A stretch of DNA of 63,136 nt, the filler included. It is 4 parts of 4 records of this genome, joined end to end, with 100 filler letters (N's around TTAATTAATTAA, not from the genome) between each part and the next. Parts side by side here need not be neighbours in the genome. Positions count along the whole stretch, not along the records: positions 1 to 13,188 come from SRR20825006_2118; positions 13,289 to 40,919 come from SRR20825006_2127; 2 more parts are not named here. One strand, 5' to 3'. Below are positions 9,656 through 17,577 of the stretch, piece after piece. How positions within the stretch are numbered: the first letter of the stretch is position 1; each line of letters starts with the position of its first letter. The position numbers were made by a program, and so were the translations under genes. A model generated the notes under the pieces. The model was not told the DNA's origin, ran no database searches, and was given only the letters and a program-made list of their open reading frames with translations.

Positions 9656-12376
9656 ATGGGTTCGGAAGAGTTAGCGCGCGATACAACACGACCTTCTCCT
9701 GACGCCCTGTTGGAAAAGGCGGAACAGGAGACACGCGGTCGTCTCAAGATTTTCCTGGGCGCCGCGCCCGGGGTCGGCAAGACCTACGAGATGTTGCTGT
9801 CCGGCAGGGCCCGCAAGTCCGACGGCGACGATGTCGTCATAGGCGTGGTCGAAGCCCATGGCCGGAAGGAAACGGAGGCCCTGGTGCGCGGCCTCGAAAT
9901 CATCCCAAGGACCAGGATCGAATACAAGGGCCGGATCCTTGAGGAAATGGATCTGGATGCGGTGCTGGAGCGCAATCCCGCGCTGGTGCTGGTCGATGAA
10001 CTGGCTCATACCAACGCGCCGGGCAGCCGTCACCCCAAGCGATATCTCGATGTTCTGGAACTCCTCGACCATGGAATTGACGTCTATACCACGCTCAATA
10101 TCCAGCATCTTGAGAGCCTGAACGACGTGGTCGCGCAGATCACGCGTATCCGGGTGCGGGAGACGCTTCCCGATTCCATTCTCGACAAGGCCGATGACGT
10201 CGAGATCATCGACATTACGCCCGACGACCTGATCAGACGGCTGAATGAAGGCAAGGTCTATGTTCCCAGGACGGCCAAACGCGCGATCGAAAACTATTTC
10301 TCTCCTCGCAACCTGACGGCGCTGCGCGAACTGGCGTTGCGCCAGACGGCCCAGCGGGTTGATCAACAACTGCTCTCCCAGATGCGCCAGGGCGCTATCG
10401 AAGGTCCATGGCCCGCGGGCGAACGGATCCTCGTTTGCGTCAGCGAGGATCCGCGTTCGGCAGGGCTTGTGCGCTACGCCAAAAGGCTCGCGGACCGACT
10501 GCATGCGCCATGGGTTGCGATCTATGTCGAGGGGCGGCGCACTCAGGATCTGGATGACGATGGCCGGGACCGGGTAGCGGCGGCACTGCGTCTGGCCCAG
10601 AATCTCGAAGGGGATGCAGTGACCGTTCCTGGCGGAGATGGTCGCATCTCCGCCGATGTCGTTGCCTATGCCCGCGCCAACAACATCACCCATATCGTCA
10701 TCGGCAAGAGCAGCCGGTCCCGATGGTTCGAGATCCTGCACGGTTCCGTTGTGCACGAGCTTGTCCGTCATGCCGGTGACATCAGCGTTCATGTGGTGGC
10801 CGGAAGCAAGCAGACGGGCGTGCTGGCGTCCAGGGCGTCCGTTGCGGTTGCGGAACCGCGCTGGCGCCCGGACTGGACGGCCTATCTCAAGTCGACGATG
10901 GTCGTTGCCACGGCGATCGGCTTCGGCATGGTCCTCTGGCCGTGGCTCGGCGTCGAGCACATCGGGCTGATTTTCCTGACGGGTGTTGTGGCCGTCGCCG
11001 TATGGTTCGGCCTGTTGCCGTCGCTCTACGCAAGCGTATTGTCGGCCGCCTGTTACAATTTCTTCTTCACCAATCCTTACCATACATTTTTGATCTCGCG
11101 GCCGCGCGAGATTGTCTCCGTCGTCTTTTTCACGATCGTGGCTGTTATCGTGTCGAACGTCGCAGCTCGCGCCAGAGCGCAGACAGTTGCCGCCAAGATA
11201 CGGGCCCGAACGACCGAGTCTCTCTATTCTTTCAGCCGGAAACTGGCCGGAGCAGGCACGCTGGATGACGTGCTCTGGGCTGCGGCACATCAGATGGCCA
11301 CCATGCTCAAGTCGCGCTGCGTCATCCTCCTGCCGGAGAATGGCACTGTGGCCGTCAGGGCGGGCGTGCCTCCCGACGACACTCTGGGCGATGCCGACAT
11401 AGCGGCCGCACGCTGGGCGTGGGAGCACAACCGACCGGCTGGACGGGGGGCGGATACCTTGCCGGGCGCCGCCCGCCTCTATGTCCCCCTTACGACAGGC
11501 AAGACGCCGGTGGGCGTTGTCGGACTGGACAGTGACAAGGAGGGCCCACTGCTCACGCCCGAAGAACAGCGGTTGCTGGACGCACTGGCCGACCAGGCAG
11601 CGGTCGCGATCGAGCGTATTCAACTTGTCGCGGATGTCGACAAGGCCAAACTGGCGGCGGAAGCTGACAAACTGCGCTCGGCATTGCTCGCATCGATATC
11701 GCACGATCTCAAAACCCCGCTTGCGGCCATTCTCGGCGCGGCCGGAAACCTCCGCGACTATTCGACGGCGCTTCCTGAGCAGGATCGCAACGACATGCTT
11801 TCCACCATCGTCGACGAGTCGGAGCGATTGAACAGATTCATTGCCAATCTCCTCGACATGTCGCGGATCGAGACCGGTGCGATGGAGCCCAACGCCTCAC
11901 TGCAATATCTCGACGATATGGTGGCCTCGGCGCTCCGCCGGGCGCAAAAGATGCTGTCACATCATAAAATTCGGACCGAGGTTCCGGCTGACCTTCCGAT
12001 GCTCAAGGCTGATCCCGTCCTTTTCGAGCAGGCGATCTTCAATCTCCTGGACAATGCGGCGAAGTATGCGCCACCCGAAACCACGATCCGGATCCGGGCC
12101 TGGGAGGATGGACGATGGATGATGATCCAGATACTGGACGAAGGGCAAGGCATTCCATCGGCTGATCTGGAACGGATCTTTGATAGCTTTCATCGTGCCC
12201 GCAAGCGCGATCACGTCCTCGCTGGCACTGGCCTTGGCCTCTCCATATGCCGGGGATTCATCGAGGCGATGGGCGGCACGATCGCGGCCGCCAACAGGAC
12301 GGATCGCAGTGGCGCCGTTTTCACAATCCGAATGCCTGTTCCGGCGGCCCTGCCGAGATTGGAAGATGTGCGATGA
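9656..12376 (+). CDS. kdpD: Sensor histidine kinase KdpD
   Basis: GRLKIFLGAAPGVGKT, VDELAHTN, USP domain, TM region, GAF, SHDLKTPL H-box, GTGLGL. Confidence 0.97.
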   Translation: MGSEELARDTTRPSPDALLEKAEQETRGRLKIFLGAAPGVGKTYEMLLSGRARKSDGDDVVIGVVEAHGRKETEALVRGLEIIPRTRIEYKGRILEEMDLDAVLERNPALVLVDELAHTNAPGSRHPKRYLDVLELLDHGIDVYTTLNIQHLESLNDVVAQITRIRVRETLPDSILDKADDVEIIDITPDDLIRRLNEGKVYVPRTAKRAIENYFSPRNLTALRELALRQTAQRVDQQLLSQMRQGAIEGPWPAGERILVCVSEDPRSAGLVRYAKRLADRLHAPWVAIYVEGRRTQDLDDDGRDRVAAALRLAQNLEGDAVTVPGGDGRISADVVAYARANNITHIVIGKSSRSRWFEILHGSVVHELVRHAGDISVHVVAGSKQTGVLASRASVAVAEPRWRPDWTAYLKSTMVVATAIGFGMVLWPWLGVEHIGLIFLTGVVAVAVWFGLLPSLYASVLSAACYNFFFTNPYHTFLISRPREIVSVVFFTIVAVIVSNVAARARAQTVAAKIRARTTESLYSFSRKLAGAGTLDDVLWAAAHQMATMLKSRCVILLPENGTVAVRAGVPPDDTLGDADIAAARWAWEHNRPAGRGADTLPGAARLYVPLTTGKTPVGVVGLDSDKEGPLLTPEEQRLLDALADQAAVAIERIQLVADVDKAKLAAEADKLRSALLASISHDLKTPLAAILGAAGNLRDYSTALPEQDRNDMLSTIVDESERLNRFIANLLDMSRIETGAMEPNASLQYLDDMVASALRRAQKMLSHHKIRTEVPADLPMLKADPVLFEQAIFNLLDNAAKYAPPETTIRIRAWEDGRWMMIQILDEGQGIPSADLERIFDSFHRARKRDHVLAGTGLGLSICRGFIEAMGGTIAAANRTDRSGAVFTIRMPVPAALPRLEDVR

Positions 12377-13065
12377 CCAGCCCGACCGTCAGGATACTCG
12401 TTGTCGATGATGAAGTGCCTATCCGAAAACTGCTGCGCGTGGGTCTCTCGGTCGAGGGCTATACGGTCATTGAAGCGATGAATGCCAGGGATGCGATCGA
12501 GAGCGTCGCTGCAGACAAGCCGGACCTGATCATCCTGGACCTCGGCCTTCCAGACATGCCAGGCCACGAACTCCTGACCAGGTGGCGCAACGAGCAGGTC
12601 GAACTGCCGATTATCATTCTATCGAGCCGGACCGACGAAGCCGGCATCGTCAGGGCGCTTGAGCTCGGCGCAGACGACTATGTCACCAAACCCTTCGGCA
12701 CAAAGGAACTGGCGGCGCGCATCCGAGTCGCACTGCGTCACAAGCTCCAGCAACAGGGTGAACGTCCGATATTCCAAACCGGCGCGCTCTCCGTCGATCT
12801 CGTCAAGCGGATCGTCAGGGTCGGCGATAAGGAGGTCAAGCTGTCGCCCAAGGAGTACGACATCCTGCGCGTTCTCGTCCAGCACGCCGGCAAAGTCATC
12901 ACCCATCGGCACTTGCTCGAGGCGGTCTGGGGTGGCTCTGCCGATGTGCAGTATCTCCGCGTCTATGTTCGGCAACTTCGCCAGAAGATCGAGTTGAGCC
13001 CCGAAGAACCGCAATACATCACAACGGAAACGGGTGTCGGCTACCGGCTGCGTGAAGCCGACTGA
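12373..13065 (+). CDS. kdpE: Response regulator KdpE (OmpR family)
   Basis: ILVVDDE, DLGLPD, GADDYVTKPF, YLRVYVRQLRQKIE; ATGA overlap with kdpD. Confidence 0.96.
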   Translation: MTSPTVRILVVDDEVPIRKLLRVGLSVEGYTVIEAMNARDAIESVAADKPDLIILDLGLPDMPGHELLTRWRNEQVELPIIILSSRTDEAGIVRALELGADDYVTKPFGTKELAARIRVALRHKLQQQGERPIFQTGALSVDLVKRIVRVGDKEVKLSPKEYDILRVLVQHAGKVITHRHLLEAVWGGSADVQYLRVYVRQLRQKIELSPEEPQYITTETGVGYRLREAD

Positions 13066-13188
13066 TACCAGCGGTCATTGAAAGTGACCGCTGGTATTCC
13101 GTTTGCGAATTCCCGAGTCACCAGGACAATCGGGAAATTCGCAATTCCTTCAAGGCGGGGATGCGTCAGCATCTTCGCGCCTTGGTAT
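13065..13188. repeat. Three tandem hairpins, probable dispersed palindromic element; first hairpin may terminate kdpE
   Basis: ATACCAGCGGTCA/TGACCGCTGGTAT; GCGAATT-CCCGA/TCGGG-AATTCGC; CAAGGCG...CGCCTTG; contig ends here. Confidence 0.6.
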
Positions 13189-13288
13189 NNNNNNNNNNNN
13201 NNNNNNNNNNNNNNNNNNNNNNNNNNNNNNNNTTAATTAATTAANNNNNNNNNNNNNNNNNNNNNNNNNNNNNNNNNNNNNNNNNNNN
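13189..13288. other. Artificial contig linker
   Basis: 44 N + TTAATTAATTAA (stops in six frames) + 44 N; abrupt GC drop across it. Confidence 0.99.
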
Positions 13289-13299
13289 AGTGTTCTCGT

Positions 13300-13333
13300 A
13301 AAAGAGTCTTGACCATAACGGCAAGGCTCTTTT
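13300..13333. terminator. Bidirectional intrinsic terminator
   Basis: AAAAGAGTCTTG / CAAGGCTCTTTT stem downstream of menB. Confidence 0.6.
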
Positions 13334-13482
13334 CTATTTGAGGCCATCCTGAATTGATTGTATCGCTGGACCCTGAGCGTAGTCGAAGGGTAGCACTAAT
13401 TCAATTCAGTTTCTTCAGTCGCTGCTCTCCTTTAGAATGACAATGGGTAATTGTAAATTGTTTATTGCAGCTGTAAATTGAC

Positions 13483-14325
13483 TTACGGAATCCACTTGTC
13501 CTTGCCAAAATCGGGTTTACGCTTTTCCAAAAATGCGTTTCTACCTTCTTTTGCTTCGTCCGTCATGTAGGCCAATCGTGTAGCTTCGCCTGCAAACACC
13601 TGTTGTCCGACCATGCCATCATCGGTAAGGTTCATGGCGAATTTCAGCATTTTTATGGATGTCGGTGATTTGGCCAAGACTTCCTGGGCCCACTGGTATG
13701 CAGTATCCTCCAATTCATCATGAGGGATGACAGCGTTTACCATACCCATTTCATACGCTTCTTGTGCAGAATAATTACGTCCTAGAAAGAAAATCTCGCG
13801 GGCCTTTTTCTGACCTACCATTTTGGCGAGATATGCGGAGCCGTAGCCGCCATCAAAACTGGTAACGTCGGCATCAGTTTGTTTAAAAATAGCGTGTTCC
13901 TTGCTGGCAAGGGTCATATCGCACACCACATGTAGGCTGTGCCCTCCCCCAACGGCCCATCCGGGCACTACGGCAATTACCACCTTGGGCATAAAACGAA
14001 TCAAACGCTGCACCTCTAAAATATTCAATCGATGGTAACCATCATCGCCCACGTAGCCTTTATGTCCACGGGCCTTTTGGTCGCCCCCGCTACAGAAGGC
14101 CCACTTACCGTCCTTGGACGATGGTCCTTCACCGGAAAGCAGCACCACTCCAATGGAGGTGTCTTCTTGCGCATCATAAAAAGCTTTATACAGCTCGCTG
14201 GTGGTCTTGGGTCGGAACGCATTCCTTATATCCGGACGGTTAAAGGCAATACGTGCCACGCCATTACATTTTTTATAGGTAATATCTTCGAATTCCATGG
14301 CGGTCTGCCAGTTGGGTGATTCCAT
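13483..14325 (-). CDS. menB: 1,4-dihydroxy-2-naphthoyl-CoA synthase
   Basis: AFCSGGDQKARG, RLNILEVQRLIR.MPK, GGGHSLHVVCD, SFDGGYG. Confidence 0.97.
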   Translation of the reverse strand: MESPNWQTAMEFEDITYKKCNGVARIAFNRPDIRNAFRPKTTSELYKAFYDAQEDTSIGVVLLSGEGPSSKDGKWAFCSGGDQKARGHKGYVGDDGYHRLNILEVQRLIRFMPKVVIAVVPGWAVGGGHSLHVVCDMTLASKEHAIFKQTDADVTSFDGGYGSAYLAKMVGQKKAREIFFLGRNYSAQEAYEMGMVNAVIPHDELEDTAYQWAQEVLAKSPTSIKMLKFAMNLTDDGMVGQQVFAGEATRLAYMTDEAKEGRNAFLEKRKPDFGKDKWIP

Positions 14326-14594
14326 AGTTGTAGCTTTTATTGAAATACAAATAACGGAATTTCTGGATTATTGTCGTTTTGAATTGTTCCTTCCGACACC
14401 ACTAAAAGAATAATAATTTGATTAAATTAATGATTGACAACAGGTTAATGCGTGCTAAACCTTGGAGGTAGTTTTATTTTTTTCAACTTTCATATTAATC
14501 TATGAAAATCACCACTAACCTGTTTATAGACAATTGATACTGTAACAATAGTTCAACAATGCCATCTTTGAAAGTGAACACTAACCGATTTATC

Positions 14595-16124
14595 ATGAGA
14601 TTGACAATCCTACTATTTTTAATATTCCTTCAAACCAATTCAATAGTTTCTCAGACCTCTCTTGATGAAATTGACCTTGATAATGGAAAATTCAAAGTGG
14701 GTTTTCAGCATTATACTTCCTATGATAGTACAAGAACTTATAGTAGAGTTTTTGACTATACCAATAAAAAAATTGAAAGACCGATTCTGGTAAGTATATG
14801 GTATCCCACTGAACAGAATGTGGATGATGCGGAACCGTTGACGGTCTTGGATTATCTTGAAATTTTAAAAGAGGAAGAAGAATGGGAGCATCTGCCCAAT
14901 GATCAAATATTGAATTGGTTTTATTACCAAAATACGCCTGCTAATCAAAGACTCCTTACGGAAAAAACGACGGCTTATGCCAACGTGGAATTTGTAAAAG
15001 GAAAATTTCCAACAGTCATTTACAGACCCAGTTTCCAAGCATCTTCCATCGAGAACTTTGCTCTCTGTGAATATTTGGCAAGCCACGGCTTTGTGGTCAT
15101 ATCAAGTCCAAGTAGAGGAACGGAAACCCGTTGGTTCAGCAGCAATAATGCCAAGGAAATTGAAACACAGGCCAGGGATACGGAGTTTTTAATCAAGGAG
15201 GCTGGGAAACTTTCTTTTGTAGATTATGAAAAGATAGCCCTAATGGGCTTCAGCTTTGGGGGGTTATCAAATATCATAGTGCAAAATCGTAACGACAATA
15301 TAAAAGCAATTGTTAGCCTTGACGGTACAGAAAGATATCAATATGAATCGCTAGAACAATCCCCATTTTTTGATGCTGAAAAAATAGACGTTCCATATGC
15401 CCATATGGCCCAGAAGGAAATCCCCGAAACAGTTTTAAAGGAAGATAAGGTTGATTCCGAACTCAATACTGTGTTTCAATTATACGATAGCATAGTAAAC
15501 AGCAAGGTTCATCGATTAAGGTTTCATAACTTAACCCATAGCTACTTTAGCACATTGGGGATCCTTTTTGCAGATAGGGACAAAAGACAAGATAAAAGCG
15601 ATTCTGAAATTATGGAATCTTACAAATGGGCTGCGATGTACACATTGAATTTTTTGGAAGCTACTTTGAATAAGGATAAAAAAGCATTGGGGTTTATGGA
15701 AAATAGCCCAGAAAACAATGGAGTTGGAAAAAAATTGATCACTCAGAAAATCAAACAACCACAAAAACAAGTGTTCGCGTTTCAAGATTTTAATCAGTTG
15801 GCATTAAATCAAAATTATGAGAACTTGGTACAACTCTATGATTCAATTGCAGAGAAGCATCCTTCGTTAGAAATTCCAGAGGGCAATCTAAACGTTCTAG
15901 GGTTACAACTTGTTTTTAATCCAGAAACATCTTTACAAGGAATAAACGTATTTTTATTGGCAACAAAACTTTATCCAAATTCTTCAAACCTTTATGATAG
16001 TTTGGCAGAAGGATATTTATTTATGGGCGATAAAGCAAAGGCTGTCGAGAATTTTGAAAAATCCTTAAAATTAAATCCTCAAAGTCAAAATGCCCTCCAT
16101 CGATTACAACAACTGAAAAAATAA
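14595..16124 (+). CDS. Secreted alpha/beta hydrolase (dienelactone-hydrolase-like) with C-terminal TPR
   Basis: Signal peptide; LASHGFVV; GFSFGG nucleophile elbow; AIVSLDG; NLYDSLAEGY...A..NFEKSLKLNP TPR. Confidence 0.8.
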   Translation: MRLTILLFLIFLQTNSIVSQTSLDEIDLDNGKFKVGFQHYTSYDSTRTYSRVFDYTNKKIERPILVSIWYPTEQNVDDAEPLTVLDYLEILKEEEEWEHLPNDQILNWFYYQNTPANQRLLTEKTTAYANVEFVKGKFPTVIYRPSFQASSIENFALCEYLASHGFVVISSPSRGTETRWFSSNNAKEIETQARDTEFLIKEAGKLSFVDYEKIALMGFSFGGLSNIIVQNRNDNIKAIVSLDGTERYQYESLEQSPFFDAEKIDVPYAHMAQKEIPETVLKEDKVDSELNTVFQLYDSIVNSKVHRLRFHNLTHSYFSTLGILFADRDKRQDKSDSEIMESYKWAAMYTLNFLEATLNKDKKALGFMENSPENNGVGKKLITQKIKQPQKQVFAFQDFNQLALNQNYENLVQLYDSIAEKHPSLEIPEGNLNVLGLQLVFNPETSLQGINVFLLATKLYPNSSNLYDSLAEGYLFMGDKAKAVENFEKSLKLNPQSQNALHRLQQLKK

Positions 16125-16140
16125 ATTAATCTGAAAGTAT

Positions 16141-16764
16141 ATGGCAAGCGATTGGCTCAATATGTGGAACACCAAGTTTGGACAAACGGAATATGCCTAC
16201 GGTACAGAGCCTAATAACTATTTAAAGGATAAACTTCAGCACATTCCCGCGGGCTCCATTCTTTTTGCCGCCGAGGGAGAAGGCAGAAATGCTGTGTACG
16301 CCGCACAATTGGGCTGGAAGGTGTCCGCTTTTGATATCAGCGAGGCAGGTCAACAAAAAGCCTTGAAATTAGCGGAGGATAAAAAGGTTTCCATAGATTA
16401 TAAATTGGGCGATTTACCAGATTTAGGTTTTAAGGAGGAGGAATTCGATGCGCTGGCGTTGGTCTATGCCCACTTCCCTCCCACCATTCGCCCTGAATAT
16501 CTTAGAATGTTGAGCAGTTACTTAAAGAAGGGCGGGCACCTAATTTTTGAGGCATTTAGTAAAGACCATCTCGCTTACAAGCAGCAAAATCCTAGCGTGG
16601 GAGGACCAAACAATGTGGATTACCTGTTTTCCTTGGAAGAGCTGGAAACCAGTTTTACTGATTTCGAAATTCTGGAACTCAAAAAAACAACGGTAGCGCT
16701 CAATGAGGGCGAAGGCCATATCGGTACCGGGTCGGTAATTCGTTTTTTCGGTAAAAAGCAATAG
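16141..16764 (+). CDS. Class I SAM-dependent methyltransferase (TehB-like)
   Basis: YAYGTEPN, AEGEGRNAVYAA..GW.V.AFD. Confidence 0.88.
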   Translation: MASDWLNMWNTKFGQTEYAYGTEPNNYLKDKLQHIPAGSILFAAEGEGRNAVYAAQLGWKVSAFDISEAGQQKALKLAEDKKVSIDYKLGDLPDLGFKEEEFDALALVYAHFPPTIRPEYLRMLSSYLKKGGHLIFEAFSKDHLAYKQQNPSVGGPNNVDYLFSLEELETSFTDFEILELKKTTVALNEGEGHIGTGSVIRFFGKKQ

Positions 16765-16921
16765 CTAAGCTATACGGTTTCGTGTATGCTGAATATCTGT
16801 CATATCCTTATTGGCCCTGCGAACCACGTTTGGGGCAGTTTTTTTATGCCCAAACGGCATTTTTGTTTTTCTCACGGGCATGGACTACCTTTCCCAAACC
16901 CAAAAACTAGAAACACCTACC

Positions 16922-17547
16922 ATGAACGTACGGCTTACCCAAGAACAAAAGATCAAAGTGCTCAACTCCGCGGACATATATGCGATCATGCAACAGGTTT
17001 TGCTGCGCGAGAACAAGATACGCCGCAACCAAGAGCATTTTTGGGTGGTGGGCCTCAACCACAACAACAAAATATTGTTCGTGGAGCTCATTGGCCTGGG
17101 GGCCAGCAACCGGGTGAACGCCGACCCGCCCGATGTGTTTAGGATGGCGATCTACAAACTGGCCAGCAAGCTGATCTTGGTGCACAACCACCCCAGCGGC
17201 ACGCACGAGGTTACCGATGCCGATATTACCTTTACCGACCATATGCTAAAAGTGGGCAAACTGATAAAAGTGGAAGTGCTGGACCATTTGGTGATCACCG
17301 AAACGAATTATACCAGTTTTGCCGACCAAGGCGTGATGGACGAACTACAAAAAAGCGGCCTGTTTGAAATCATGGGCCCCGAAAAGCAGGAACTGGAACA
17401 GTTTAAAATTGATACCGAGAAAAGCGGGCAGAAAAAGAAAAGGCAATCAGTATTGCAAAAAAGATGAAGGCCGATGGCTTAGATGCCGAAACTATTAAAA
17501 AGTATACCGGGTTGAGCTTGAAGGATATTGGGGGGATAAGGACCTAA
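16922..17547 (+). CDS. RadC-like JAB-domain protein with frameshifted C-terminal tail
   Basis: QEHFW and HNHPSG...D...T, LDHLVI; in-frame stop at 17467, but a shifted frame continues AEKEKAISIAKKMKADGLDAETIKKYTGLS to stop 17547. Confidence 0.85.
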
Positions 17548-17577
17548 AAATAAGTTAACCTTAAAATAGTCGCCTGT

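Noticed and set aside
5693-11704. Long antisense or alternate-frame ORFs (360, 427, 330, 677 aa) over kdpB, kdpA and kdpD
   Set aside because: Shadow ORFs of GC-rich coding DNA; no motifs
13189-13288. TTAATTAATTAA within N runs as a biological repeat (also at 40920 and 57752)
   Set aside because: Identical 100-bp six-frame-stop linker; an assembly or concatenation artefact
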